Assembly: GCA_964016885.1 (NCBI GenBank)
Contig: OZ024742.1
Span: 102,734,001-102,798,000, forward strand
Origin: Eledone cirrhosa
Lineage: Eukaryota
DNA length: 64,000 nucleotides
Reading direction: 5' to 3'
Part shown: positions 39,066 through 53,619 of the stretch, in pieces
How positions within the stretch are numbered: the stretch's first letter is position 1
How the letters are laid out: each line of letters starts with the position of its first letter
The notes under the pieces: generated by a model
Told to the model about the DNA's origin: nothing
The model's database searches: none
Seen by the model: the letters and a program-made list of their open reading frames with translations, nothing else
Position numbers and translations under genes: made by a program

Positions 39066-40790
39066 ATAATAATAATAATGAAAATATTGTGTACAGTGCT
39101 CAGGTGCAGTACAACTCATCAAAAAGTGTATGTATATTACATAGGGTAATGTACAAATGTCAGGAAAATGAACAGAGCATGAGTTATGATATACATGTGT
39201 GCATGTGTATGAAAGGGGTACATCAGGTGTAGTTTTGGCGAATTTCGGAAAGCATGAGGGTTTTAAAGGATGCAGTATCTCGGCAGCTAACAACTGACGC
39301 AGGCAGTTTGTTCCATGCTTCAGCAACTCTAAGCATGAAAAAATGTTTCCGAAAGTCATGGGAGCTGTGCTGTTTTCTGATTTTGTAGGCATGTCCACGT
39401 GTGTTAGACACATGGAGATCAAAAAGGTGCTCAGGGTTGTTGTTGGCGAGATGGTTAATAACTTTGTGGGTGTTTACCAAGTCCATTGCCAGACATCGGA
39501 GCTTCAATGAATCCATGCCCAGGGAAGCAAGGCGTCCAGAGTATGGTAGGTGTCTGATGGAGGGTATGCACTTGGTTGCACATCTCTGAACAGTTTCCAG
39601 GAGGTCAATGTTCTGAGCAAGATAGGGGTTCCAGACTGATGATGCGAATTCCAAGTGTGGTCGTACCATAGCTGTATACAGCTTTAAATAAATGGCTGGA
39701 GAGCGGCTAACAAAGGTCTTGCTGAGTGATGCCAAGACACCCTCGGTCTTCTTGACAATCTTAGAGACATGCTTTGTCCAACGCAAATCACTGCTGACAG
39801 TAATGCCCAGGTCACGTTCACAAGAGGACTTCTTGATATCAGTGTTGTGGAGGGAGTATGTGGACGCTGGATTTTTCCTCCCAAAATGCATGTTGGTACA
39901 CTTGTCCACAGCCAGCTTCAGTTGCCAGTCTGTGATCCATTGCTGCATTGTGTCCAGGTCTGATTGTAGGAAAGAGTTGTAGATTTCAGGATCAGTCCTT
40001 TTGATTTCAAGGTACAGCTTGATGTCATCTGCATATTTCAGTACCGTGGCATTCTTTAAGTTGGCATCTATGTCATTAATATATGCCACAAACAAAAGGG
40101 GACCAAGAACAGATCCCTGTGGTACACCAGATGACATCTCATATGGTGAAGAATGCTGTCCTAGAACTGTGACTACCTCTTTTCGGCTGAGAATGAAGGA
40201 TTTCAACTAGTTAAAAAGATCATCCCTCACACCCATTGCAGAGAGTTTCACCATAAGTCTTTTGTGTGGCACAGAATTAAAAGCCTTAGCGAAGTCAAGG
40301 TAAACAACATCCACCCATGAGCCACTGTCAGTGAACCGGGTAATGTCTTCAAGGAACACGATAAGCTGATCACAGCAGCTGGAGTTAGGGATAAATCCAA
40401 ACTGCGAGGGCAGGATGAGGCTGTGCGAGCTCTAGAAGTTCCAAAGTATTTCTCTGACACAGGATTCCATCAGTTTGGCAATACAGCTAGTAAGACTGAC
40501 TGGACGATAGTTGACAGGTGACGTGCGGTTGCCCTTTTTGAACACTGGCAGTTTTCCACTGCTCCGGAGTAGCACCATTGTTGAGACAGTATTGAATGAA
40601 GAAAGAAAGCTGGTGCAAAAAGAAGTACCTGCCACGTTTGAGAAGCAGGTATGTAACACCATCAAGACCAGGGGAGGCATAGTTGCGCTTATTCTTAAGG
40701 TGACGTCGCAACATTGCAGGTGTAAATTCCATTGTTGGTACATGAGATGGTACATTCTGGTTTTCAACAGTATGAGCTGTAACTAAATAC
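39066..40790 (-). mobile_element. 5'-truncated CR1-clade LINE
   Basis: RT motifs YRPVSLTSCIAKLMES, YLDFAKAFNSVPH, GVPQGSVLGPLLF and YADD, plus C-terminal MVRPHLEFASSVWNP and NTRGH. The 3' UTR ends in an (ATT)n-like tail. The element is inserted into a SINE. Confidence 0.92.
39223..40206 (-). pseudogene. CR1 reverse transcriptase, 327-aa open remnant
   Basis: The ORF contains GVPQGSVLGP and KYADD. Its upstream portion is broken by a stop codon and frameshifts. Confidence 0.9.
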
Positions 40791-41436
40791 ACCATCCTGC
40801 CAAACCATCACCCTTATAACATTTAATGTGTAGCCTTATAATATAAGGCTACACATTTATTTGTGAGGGGTATAATTGATTAAATTGGTCCCAGTCAGCT
40901 ACTTATTTTTAGTGACGTGAAGGGCAAAGTATGAACTTAGAGTGTACAGGGCTGAAAGTAAATTATGCAAAATATTAAGTGTGGTTTCCTACTGCGTTTA
41001 CAATACTGTTACTATCATCCACATCATCATCATCATCACCATTTTATGTCTGTTCTTCCACGCTAGCATGGGTTAGACGGGTTGTCCTGTTGTGGGCAGT
41101 GTCCAGTCGGCTGACTTTGTCTTGCTCATATGGGAACTGATTCTGGCTTGCTTTCTACAGCTGGATGCCCTTCCAACATCATTTACAGTGAGTACTGGGT
41201 GCTTTTTTTCCATGGTGCCTACACGTCCACTTTACAGTGTGGGCTAGGTGCTTTTTTTCCGTGGTGCCTACACGTCTACTTTACTGTGTGGGCTAGGTGC
41301 TTTCTTTGCCATGGCACCTCCGCAACCAGTTTGCAGTGGAATGATAGCCCAGTCCTATCATCTCATTTCTACAACTGAGTAAACTGGAGCAACGTGAAAT
41401 AAAGCCCAATGCTCTAACCACTAAGCCATGCATCTT

Positions 41437-41467
<31 letters not shown>

Positions 41468-41570
41468 TATTATTATTATTTCTTTATTGGCTGCAAGTGT
41501 CTATACATATAATTCAAAGCATGTCATACAAAAGGGTTACAAAACCTGTTGGATTACAGGTAATTATATA

Positions 41571-42269
41571 CAGTGTACCCCCCCGACATTCGTGGAATTT
41601 CCCTTAGAATCTAACAAATAATTGTTCATGGAAACCACCACCATATTCGTAAATATCTTCTGCGACATTTTATGGCCTTTTTCGTGGCAATATATATTTT
41701 TTCACGCTTTTTAAGGGTAAATTATTAATAACAACATATGGTACTTTCCAGTCTATATATGGTACTTTCCAGTCTATATATGGTACTTTCCAGTCTATAA
41801 CATTATGTTTTGACGTCTATAGGCATTTTTATGGACCATGCCCAATATTCGCGGTTTTTAACTCTTCACGGGTGCTCTAGGAACGTAACCCCTGTAAATA
41901 CTGGGGTACAACTCAGTGGCGAAGGGTAACCTGGAAAGCAGGGCATGCAGTCCAATCGCCATGGTGGAAAGTGGGGCTGTGCAACCTTACCCCTTCCCCC
42001 CCATAAACGCTGTCGTGTGTTTGTGTGTATGTGTGTGTGTGTGTGTATGTGTGTGTTATCTTTTTATGTGTCTACGATTTAGTAAGCAGCCAACATTCTG
42101 CTTGCTTCAACCGACGCTGTCGTGTGTTTGTGAGTGTGTGTGTGTGTGTTATCTTTTTATGTGTCTACGATTTAGTAAATTCTACTTGCTTCAACTGATG
42201 CAATTGATCAACTCAAGATTCTATAACGCATGCACTGCATGCACGCATCCTTCACGCCTGGTACAACTG
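41571..42269. mobile_element. Tc1/mariner (pogo/Tigger-like) MITE interrupted in its right TIR
   Basis: TA|CAGTGTACCCC ... GGGGTACAACTG|TA, with an internal triple repeat of ATATGGTACTTTCCAGTCTAT. Confidence 0.7.
41914..42260. mobile_element. hAT-like MITE with 8-bp TSD
   Basis: GTACAACT occurs at 41906-41913 and 42261-42268; the termini are CAGTGGCGAAGG / CCTTCACGCCTG. Confidence 0.75.
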
Positions 42270-42460
42270 TATATATATACACACACACATACACACAAGC
42301 AAGTTTGGATGCAATATATATATGTGTATGTATGTGTGTAAGTTTAGAAGTGGTTGCAAACCAAACACATGGTCCTGGGGTTAGATCCCCTGGGGGTCAT
42401 CATGAGCAGTTAGCTTGAGTTAACAAATGCTTTGTGAGTAGAATTTGGTAGATAGACCTG

Positions 42461-42508
42461 TACAGAGGTCTGATGATTTCAAATGAATGAAACAGTTCTA
42501 GTTCTGTA
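42461..42508 (+). ncRNA. Degenerate hammerhead ribozyme
   Basis: TACAGAGGT CTGATGA TTTCAAATGAAT GAAA CAGTTC TA GTTCTGTA. The 3' half matches the minus-strand island at about 22440-22557 (GAATGAAACAGTTCTAGTCCTGTA). Confidence 0.4.
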
Positions 42509-42967
42509 GAAGTCATTGCTATATGAAATAAATCATGTATATATATAATAATCATCATCATCATATATACACCTATAGTATATAGGAAACCGAGATTATG
42601 TAAATTTACACATATAGACATATAAGCATGTCAAATTTACATTCTTCCCTGTAAATTGAATAAGATGATGAATATCTTTAATCAATTTTCAACCCTGATT
42701 GGATCTCATTAGAAGTTATTTACATAAATTAAGCAACTAATAACATCCAATTGAATGTAGTAGTATCACTAGAATGGACTAATTTACATATTAGCATGTA
42801 TGTAGGTAGTTAATTTAGATATGTATGAAATTGTGTGGTATGCAGCCAAAGTGTACAATAAATTTATATTTGTACATATGTAATAGATAAGCAACCAAGA
42901 CTGTGTAACTGTGTGTATAAATATAATAAATATGTATATATAAATATAATATCTATACATATAAATA

Positions 42968-43046
<79 letters not shown>

Positions 43047-44694
43047 TGGAAATCAAAAAGCCACTGGTTCTATGATACTAAGCTATTTATTATATTTATC
43101 TGAAAATCTTCTATCATAATTTTATGAAAGTTATGATCCTAACACCAGATTAATAATTCTTTCTAACATTGGCACGAGTGCTCACCACTCTATGCTACTG
43201 TAAACATTAACTATAGCATGGCTTTATGGTTAATGAGTTTGCTTTGCAATCATTAGATCACAAGTTCAATCCCACTGCATGGCATTTTGGGCAACAGCCA
43301 CAACTTCACCCATGCCTCTCTATGGCATAATGTGTAAGAGAGAGGCCGTATGAGAAAAGTACTCTAACATCACTATTCCAATGGTGTGGGGGAATGCTCT
43401 CTGGCATGCAGAACCCCAGGTGCAGGCCACCTTATGATCCCAGCAGATGGAATGGAGAAACCATTTCCCCAGAAGACGACAAAGGAGACATGAAATAGCC
43501 ATTTTAACTCAAGGGGTTCACTCTTGCAAGCGACCAATACTACCCCAATAGTAGTATGTAAGGAAGTGGTTTAGAAACCAAGAAAGCCATAAGTCTCCAT
43601 TACTACAGGCTCAATAACAAACCGAGCAGCTGATATTTCTTCAATTTATTTGGCAACATAGCCTGAATCTGTTGCCTAATGCACCAGGAAGACCATGATG
43701 CGATCTGGAGTTCTACTGTATCCTCAGTCCCACCCCACCTGCCTGAGCTGCAAAGGGAAGCCATGCTTAATAATCTTGTTGAGAGCAGTATGACATGAGA
43801 TGCAACTGGCACTAACAGCATGACAGTTGGCTTTATGAATGTAACTGGGTAAATAGAGACTATTTGATAGCCTGTCAAGCAGACTATACCTTTAATGCAA
43901 AGGGACAGCATTGACACACACTGCATCTCCCACCTGTGGAATACACAGCCACTAGCTCATCAATTTTGCATACAGGCCATTCCATTGATCAAACAGCTGG
44001 AACACTCATTGCCCAAACCACCAGAAGTCTTAGCTAGCATTTGTTATAGCACAAGACTGAGTAGTTTGAATGCTAGCTGTCATGCTGCAATACTAATTTA
44101 AAATCTGTAGAGAACAACTGCTGATTTGGTGCCAGAACTATTTGCCCTGAGAAAAAAACATGGTTCATCAAATATGGCTTTTGATTGCACATTTCATGCT
44201 AACCATTATTTCCATGTCCATTCAAGTGAAATCCATTCAATATGACATCCCTCACTTCTCTAGTTTTATGAAAGGTCGAATGGAATAACCCTGAAGCTCC
44301 TGGTGGCTTACAGAACAAAGGGAGGTAATCTCCTTGTCTGTTTTAGAGTTTTATGTTGAAATTAAAATAATTATACATAAGGCCTAAAAGTCATAAACAC
44401 ACCTTATCAGTATTAAATTAACCCTTTTACTTCATTAATAAAGAACGTAGAGAGGGATTTACTAAGATTATTAATTATTTCATTACTAAGAGAGTATTTG
44501 TAAGATAACTCAACATGAGGATTTGCTATGAAATTGTGTTGGAAGTATAGAAACTCGTTAAAATAAATTATTTTATATCATAGAACATGATGCAGCTTTG
44601 GGCAGCCTGATATCAAAAGGGTTAATTAAAAATTCAATACATGCTACTTCAAATTTATTTTGTATAAAATACACAACAAAGTGATGAAAATCAT

Positions 44695-44729
<35 letters not shown>

Positions 44730-45457
44730 CCATGAGCTTGTTGAAAGCTGAGCTGAATTTGAATTTGAAACTTTACAAATGTATACAATGATGAAATATG
44801 AATGGCACTACAGTAATTACTCTAAAAATATTGACCAAAATAAATGAATAACTAAATGAAAGATGTAATAAGAATTATGTCAGAGAAAAATCTAGATAGA
44901 CCCCTCAGTAGCTCTGCTTGAATATTGACTCAATCTATGAAGACACAGCCAACTCTTGCTAGCAGAGAAGACAAACATTAAATGATGATTATGATGGTGA
45001 TGATTATGATGATGATGATGATGATGAAAAATAAGATAGATTTCTCTTTTGAAATAATTCATCAATGGATTGCACACGCTAAGAACTAGAGATAAGGGCC
45101 AAACTTGAGCTCTCTTTTTAAAACTATTCTTTATACTTTTTATTTTGTTTGTTGCCTGATTATTTATATTTTGTTTATAAAACTCACAAATCCTCTATAA
45201 ATCTCTCATAAGTACCTTAATTAGATAAGGATTTGCTCTTTTATTTTTTTTGATATCTTACATGTTTAATCACCCTAAAAGAATAATGCGAAGGCAAAAA
45301 GCATGGCTGTGTGGGTAAAAAGTTAGCTTTGTAGCCATCAAGTACGAGGTTTGATCCTACTGTGTAGCACCTTGAGCAAGTGTCTTCTGACCAATATTTT
45401 GTGAGATAAGTTTGGTCAGTGGAAACTGTGCAGAAGCCTGTAATATGTCATCATTAA

Positions 45458-46058
45458 TTGGCAGTATCGGTAGAGTGTCGGACGCCATGCTTTGACGCAT
45501 AGAGTTACGGCCCTTTCCATTCTGAGTTCAAATCCCGCCGAGGTTAACTTTGCCTTTCATCCTTACGGGGTCGATAAAATAAAGTACCAGTCATGTACTG
45601 GGTAATTGCTGGCCTTGTGCCAAAAGTAGAAACAATTATTATTATTATTATCATTATAAGGGCAGTGGATTGGCAGTATTGGTAGAGCGTCAGACACCAT
45701 GCTTTGCAGCATAGAGTTATGACCCTTTACGTTCTGAGTTTAAATCCTGCCAAGATTAACTTTGCCTTTCATCCTTACAAAGTCGATAAAATAAAGTACC
45801 AGTAATGCACCAGGGTTGATTTAATCGACTTTCCCCTCCCCAAAAATTGCTGGCCTTGTGCCTATAGTAGAAATCATTATGCAGTATCGGTAGAGGGTTG
45901 GAAGCCATGCTTTCTAGCATAGTTACGTCCCTTTCAGTCTGAGTTCAAATCCCGCCGAGGTTAACTTTGCCTTTCATCCTTACAGGGTCGATAAAATAAA
46001 GTACCAGTAATGTACTGGGTATTTGCTGGCCTTGTGCCTAAAGTAGAAACTATTATTA
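45458..46058 (+). mobile_element. Three head-to-tail SINE family A copies
   Basis: Three consecutive units, each with a B box, the core and the ACAATTATT tail. Confidence 0.9.
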
Positions 46059-47652
46059 CTAGTTTTGCATTAGTTTGTTTTTAGACAGAATCCTATGACC
46101 GGATGCTCTTCTTGATACCAGCCATCCCTTGTTTTTTAAGTAAGATATTGTTCTTAGCATGTCTAACTACAGGGCAGTGGAACATCTAGTTATGCAGAAA
46201 CATAAACAAATATTACCGCCTGCATTAGAGAGAATATGATAAAAAAAGAGGCAGATCAAACACACAAGCACACATATATGCAACACACACACAAGCACAC
46301 ATATATGCATCATACACACACACACATACATTTAACATCCGTTTTGACTGCTAGCAAGAGTTATATATATATATTTATGTATGTATATATATAAATTATA
46401 TAAATTAATCAGTTAATTTTTCTCCTGAGAATAAAATGTTGAAATAAAAAAATTGCAAAAAAGAAAAAGCTGAATAGCAAAACATAAGAATCTTCCAAAA
46501 GCCAGGGTGGCTTTAGCAGTTGGAATGCGAGAAATGCTGACTAAGGTAAATTAGTAGAACTGGTCAACCAGTGGAAAGACTCAGTGAACATCTGAAATTA
46601 ATAGGCATGGTGGTGTTCAGGCAACCAAATGCTTTTTTTCACACTCTATTGATTGGAAGAATATCAAGATCCAAAGTTATTTCTTCTGAATCACACGGAA
46701 GTGTCATTCCCCACCTCAACCACCACCACCACCACTACTATTACCAACCACTACCAGTCTGGTTCCCCCTCTTTCCTCCTCCAGATAGAACTGTGACAAA
46801 AATCAATGTATCTCTCTCTCTAAATTCATGACGGATAGTTTTGACCTGTCAACTGCATGGCTAATTTTCTACCATATCACACAATTCATGCCGACCTGCT
46901 AGACATAAGACCTTCTTTAAATAGAGGTCAAATATTCTCTTTGAGCTAGAAACTCGAACACTTGAGAGTTTGAAAATCTCAAACAGCTACAATTTCTATT
47001 TAACTCTTTTGTTACCATATTTCTACTGAAATATAATGCTCATAATTTTCAATGAATTAAAATAATAATAATAAATTTAAGGGATTAGGGTAGAATAATT
47101 AACATTCTTATTACTAAACTTTTGTTTAGAACATCTTAAACAAAGGCTCTTGCAAAAAATCATAATGGAAGGTTTAAGTTTAAACATGAACACTTTATAA
47201 TAAACAATTTTTCTTCATAGAACCAGTGGCGGTTTCAGGTGAGCTGGTATCAAAGGGGTTTAAAATAAATATAACTGAAAACATAATAGGTGCAGACATA
47301 GCTGTATGACTATATATGTATATATATATTGATTAAAATGCTTTGTGGTATTCATTCTGGCTCTCTTCATACTGATTTCAAATTTCACTGAGGTCAACTT
47401 TGCCTTTCATCCTTTCGAGATTGATAAATAAAATACCAGTCCAGTACTGGGGATTGATTCTTCCTCTATATCTCTTTCTAACTTCTTCTCGATCACTCTT
47501 TCTCTCTCCTTCTTTGGAAGAAATTAGTTGTGCTCGAGTCTAGTGAGGGGATAGGTTCTGCCAGATTTAAAATGCCTAGGAAACACCATATGTCACAAAA
47601 GTTGACTATGAGACCACCAGGAGTTATGGATACATACATATACATATAGTAT

Positions 47653-47734
<82 letters not shown>

Positions 47735-50700
47735 ATGACCTCATCTTCTTTTTGTACATCCATGACTGTAATATTACATTATTTAACGTGTCCTTCCATT
47801 TTAAGACTGTAAAGTGTGTGTTTCGAAAGAAATTTGGCTATTATTTTTAGCAAATCAAGCAACCACAGAGGAATTCTTTTGTTTAGTTCATGTGTATTTT
47901 ATTGATTATGAATTATTGATTTATTTATATTGCAATGAATTGGCAGAGTTGTTAGTACATAGACTACATTGCAGTATTTGTTTCAGGTCTCTGTACTCTG
48001 ATTTCAAATCTCATCAAAGTCAACTTCTGTGCCTTTTATACTTTTGAAATTGATAAATAAAGTAACAGGCTCTGCATCTATCTCTTTTTTGATGGAAAAA
48101 AATCGACAGAGAGATTAACTCTACTCATTTTAAATTTAAATATTCAAGACACACTGTATGTCATGATGGCTTTTCTATGATTCCATCAGGAACTCAGGGT
48201 GTATGAATGGCTGAATTTTATTGATTAAGAAATAGTTGTATACAACAGACACCATACACAGTCTGTAATCTGAGGCAGAGTCCAGATCCAGTAATAAAGG
48301 TGGTAGACTGAGGTAGCTAGGTAGCTGACTGAGGAGGAAATGAAAGACAGGGGTTTGATGAAGAGGGATGCAGATGATAGGGAAACATAGAGAAGCTTGT
48401 TACTATATCTACAGAGCTACCTTCTGCTTTAGCAAGGAAGGTAGCTTTTAAATGCTTGTTGTTGTTGTTGTATTGATGTAGCTAGTAGAATCTTATCTCA
48501 TCTAATGCTAATCTATATTGCTTTGGTACGTTTTTTTTTTATTATTCTGAGATCTATAAAAACAGTGGCGAATTAGAGAAAAATGTTCTGCCTTGAACAC
48601 AAAGTATAAAAATGTGCTGCATATTTGAACTCATAACCCATGAATATTCATTATTCATGAGTAGAGTGTCCAATACTTCGACCATTTTGCCTCTCAGTTT
48701 TCTCATAATTCACAATGATGAAGTAGAGGAGCAATTGTTTTCTGTGAATTAATATACTCAGCCTCTAATTGTCTTTCATGAACAGAGCTTTGATGATGAA
48801 TTTAGATGTGATGTCTACTTCTACTTCTCTTCCTCCATCTCCCCTTTCTCCCGCTCCTCCAATAGTGTTCGGTGTGGTGATGACAAGAAGGCTATCTTCC
48901 CTTAAAAAACAAATTCATCACTTCAATAACCAGTGCATGTAACAGGTAACTGATGTGGAAAATTGTGACCTAGAGGACAAGGAGGAAGGCAATAGTGTGT
49001 GTCTGTGTGTGTGTGGACTTGAGTGGGGTGGGTGAAGAAAAAGTAAACAAATGAAAAAATATTAATAATAACAAAAAATAAAAGTAAAATATGTCAATAA
49101 ATACATAAGAAACCAGCCCCCTTTTGTATAATATCTCCAAGTAACACACATAGCTGTGTCCCTGATTTTTAGGGAGTGTAGGAGTAATGATGACTTGAAA
49201 GTATAATTATAATTGTTTTAATTGAGAAATTAATTCATCATCATTATCATTGTTTATTGTCCATTTTCCCTGCTAGTAAACATTAGATGGGTTATTATCA
49301 GACCAGATTGGTACTCAAGCAGAGCTACTGACCTAATGGGTGGGCTGGGAGCCTGGATCTTGCTTACTTATGTCCTTCCACTTTACCCTGCTGAGATAGG
49401 GCAGAAGCTTTCATCTTGTTTATACACGATCCTGTGTTCTACCCTGCACATTTTATCATGATATAAACCTTTTTTTTTCATTTTTTTTTGGAGGGGGGTT
49501 TAAATTCATTTTTTTCCTCATCTTTTAATGTAGATTAGGTTTGTAAATTTGCATTTAAATTATTAGAACAAAGCAGTGAATGTCTGTCCATTTTATACTC
49601 CCTAGCACACAGAAAAATAATTTATCTCTCTTTGCTAGTGTTTCTAGATACTATTTGTCAATATAGATCACTGATAGTTTCCTCTTATTCTACAGTTTTT
49701 CATGTGTGTGTGTGTGTGTGTGTGCACGCATATGTACATACCATATTTCTATGTATACAGAGTGTACTGAGTTTGTTTTTTTCGGAGCACCAGCACTATC
49801 ATGTTACAAAGTGTACTGGGTGCATTTTATCTAGGCACCAATACCATAGAGATCGCCATATGCTTGCCCCAACTGAAGCCCTCTCAAACCTTATATTTTC
49901 TCCATCCAATTGGCGAATACTGTAAACTCTAGCCTCTCGCCACTTTTACAAATCCATCCCATTAATCCTTTCATCTTGTTCATTGTCATCTCCTGTTTTT
50001 TTGTTGTTTTTTTGCTGCTGCTGTTGTTGTTGTCTTTCAGAGTTGGTTCATGGAATATATTATATAACTATGTTCCAAGTACCATAAATATACTATATAA
50101 CTATACCATAAATGGTATACATGTCTATTCTATATTACATAACTATAAGTAAAATAACTACCCTGCATAAATTGCATGACTTTTCCATTACTCTAGACTA
50201 TAATCATACACATATATACACTCAAAATATATACATACAAATATTTGGTTATGAGGATGTTTAGTAGCCCTTTATGACCTTGTCTTGCTCATACAGAACT
50301 GTTTCTGGCTTGGTTTCTACGGCTGGATGCCCTTCCTAACGGTATAACTATATTGCAGGTACCATAAATATTACTATATAACTCTAAATACTATGTCTAT
50401 ATCAGAAATAAAGTACCAGTAATGTACTGGCAAATTTCTGGCCTTGTGCCTAAAGTAGAAACAATTATATGATATAACTATATGTAAAATAAGTACCCTG
50501 TATAAGTTTCATGACTTATTCATAGTTCTAGAATATACACGCATATATATCATCATCATCATCATTATCATCATTATATTATGTTCGCTTTTTCATGTTT
50601 GCATGGGTTGGATGTGTCTTTTCCAGCACAGCCTCCCTCTACTCGCAGCGTTCCTTCATCATCACTGTGAAGTTCAACGTTTTTACATCAACTCTAACCA

Positions 50701-51204
50701 CTTCAGTCTTCCTCTCTATTTAGAATATATATACACAAATATTTGGTTATAAGGATCTTTACATGGTTCTATTTTATAACCTATTTAGCACAAGTATGTA
50801 CACATGTGCCTGTATGTGGATGTAGTGTATGTAATTATATATTTTTAGGTGTTTACATGTATGTATGTATGAATATGTGTGTATGTATGTATGTATGTAT
50901 ATATGTGTGTGTGTATGTATGTATGTATGTACATATGTATTCAATCCTAATTATCAATCAATAACATTTTAATTTAACTACTTCTTCCTTGGTTCCACAT
51001 ATTTCCATTGCAAAGTTATTTTTCATCTAGCATACATCTGTTTATATTACATACACATACATACATACATACATACTTACACTCAATGACATGCATGAAC
51101 ATACACAAACACATACATGCACACACACATGCATATACAGACATACATGCACACTTAAACTCAATTATATACATGCACACACACATACATGCACATACAC
51201 ATAT

Positions 51205-51244
<40 letters not shown>

Positions 51245-51540
51245 TCACACTTACACTCTATGACATGCATGCACATAGACATACACACACATACATGCAC
51301 ACTTACACTCAACGACGTATGCCAAATCTTGTTTAATTTGCATGAAGAAGATTAATTTATGAACCATATTTAATGTTTTTTTAAATATAATTAACATTTT
51401 TCAAGATATTATTTCTCTCTCTGAGTAGTTTTGAGTTCAAGTCAATATTTGAGTGCAGGCAAGTTTTTTTGTTGGTACATTAACTAAATATATGAGAAGT
51501 TAGTGGGAACTGCACATGTCTGAATTAATCGAGTGTCAGA

Positions 51541-52168
51541 CATTCTATGAAGGGCCCATAGATTCTATGAAGAGTCTGTGGTGGGTCCATATATCTTGTG
51601 AAAGACCTGTAGATCATATATTTATGAAGGGTTCATAGATTCTATGAAGAGTCTGTGGTGGGTCCATATATCTTGTGAAAGGCCTGTAGATCATATATTT
51701 ATGAAGGGTTCATAGATTCTATGAAGAGTCTGTGGTGGGTCCATATATCTTGTGAAAGGCCTGTAGATCATATATTTATGAAGGGTTCATAGATTCTATG
51801 AAGAGTCTGTGGTGGATCCATATATCTTGTGAAAGACCTGTAGATCATATATTTATGATGGGTTCATAGATTCTATGAAGAGTCTGTGGTGGGTCCATAT
51901 ATCTTGTGAAAGGCCTGTAGATCATATATTTATGAAGGGTTCATAGATTCTATGAAGAGTCTGTGGTGGGTCCATATATCTTGTGAAAGGCCTGTAGATC
52001 ATATATTTATGAAGGATTCATAGATTCTATGAAGAGTCTGTGGTGGGTCCATATATCTTGTGAAAGGCCTGTAGATCATATATTTATGAAGGATTCATAG
52101 ATTCTATGAAGAGTCTGTAAACCCTGTATTGGGTCGATATATCTTGTGAAAGGCCTGTAGATCATATC
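51541..52168. repeat. 77-bp minisatellite, about 8 copies
   Basis: Unit CATAGATTCTATGAAGAGTCTGTGGTGGGTCCATATATCTTGTGAAAGGCCTGTAGATCATATATTTATGAAGGGTT, starting at 51557, 51634 and onward. Confidence 0.95.
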
Positions 52169-52863
52169 TTTCTATCTCTATTGTGCTGTGTTACTTTCAA
52201 TAATTTCATTAGGTATCTTCCTCCACTTCCTCCTTCTTCTTCTTGTAGGTCATGGCATCAAAGTCCTATTGGAAGCAACTATCTCCAAAGGATCTGCAAG
52301 CAAGATCAACTGAGATTATAGTTGTTATCCAACCATCTTGCTCATGGTCTATCTCTGGGTCTCCTGCTGGTTGGCTTTGCCTGTGAAATCTGTCAGGCAG
52401 TGACTATTCAGTCTTACTAAGTGCACATGGAACTAGAATATTTAATGTGTCTTTACCTTATTTGAGATGGTAGGGTGTGATCTGAAGGAATTTTTAGATG
52501 CTATGTCTAGTAGGTGAAGAAATTATGTAGAGGGTTTCTTGTTGGTTTGTGTTACACAGAGATACTACCTATATTTGTCCCTTAATTTACCATACAAATT
52601 GGGTTATTTAGATTAAGTGTATAATATATGTAAACTCTTGCTAAGCTATTAGGAATCAGCATCATAGTACTGTGGTACATAGATAAGGTTTTTGTTAAAT
52701 TACACCAACAAATTTGTTTCAATTTCAGATTGGAGCTGTTTTGAAACCAGCCTGTCCCAAACCAGCTCTCATTCTAAGAAACAAAACTACTCATTTAAAT
52801 TAAAATCGTCCAACATAATTTTGTATAATAACTATGTGTTAAGTTGCTATCTTAATAATGAAA

Positions 52864-53057
52864 TACTGTATATATTTGAATATAATCCCACCCCCCCCCA
52901 TTTTATGCCTGAGAAATAGGTGAAAATAAAAACACTAGTTATTAACTAAGGGAGCTAATCAACACATTGTTTAGATGGCGTATATAAGCCAACTTTCTAT
53001 TTTACCATCAATTTCTTGGTCACATATTCCTCGGCTTATATTCGAGTATATAAGATA
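52864..53057. mobile_element. Tc1/mariner-type MITE
   Basis: TIR-like TACTGTATATATTTGAATATAATCC / GGCTTATATTCGAGTATATAAGATA. A related sequence lies at about 15190-15300. Confidence 0.6.
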
Positions 53058-53619
53058 ATTAGTAATTTTAGTAAATCCCTCAAAATTTTCATTAATTAGT
53101 TGAAATAGAGCATGTTTCACTAAAAATATGGTCATGAAAAGGCTAACATTTCTAATGCTTGCTGCTCTTCTAAAAGATATCTGTAGCCTAATTCTTTTAT
53201 TTATGGACTCAACTGGATTCTGCTTTCAGGACTAGTCCTTTCACTTCCCTTACAATAGAAATTCATCTGAATAATATCATTTCTTTTCTCCCACCAAGTT
53301 AAAGTCCTGCATTTACATTGGAAATCAATTAATCCTTTCATTATCAAATTTCTAATGAAAATCATTATTTATAATCTTCAAATCTTTTTGAAAGTAATGA
53401 AGAATTTGAAAGAATTTAACAATATAACTGAATCTGGTCAACTTAAGTCCTTTAGAGTAATGGTTAATGCACTTGCTGGTTATTAAAAAGATGCAAGGTT
53501 CATTTCCTCACAGGCACCTCTGTCCCCTTTTACTAGTCTCCAAATGTACTTTACTCAATTTTCTCAACTATCATTTACATTGATCGCCTGTTATTATATT
53601 CATCTCAAATAATATAGCT

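Noticed and set aside
43300-44330. Unique-looking 1-kb region possibly derived from a LINE 5' end (MTVGFMNVTG resembles an APE endonuclease start)
   Set aside because: It is too degraded to assign by eye.
51541-52168. Regularly spaced palindromic repeat superficially like a CRISPR array
   Set aside because: The intervening sequences are identical rather than unique spacers, there are no cas genes, and the context is eukaryotic.
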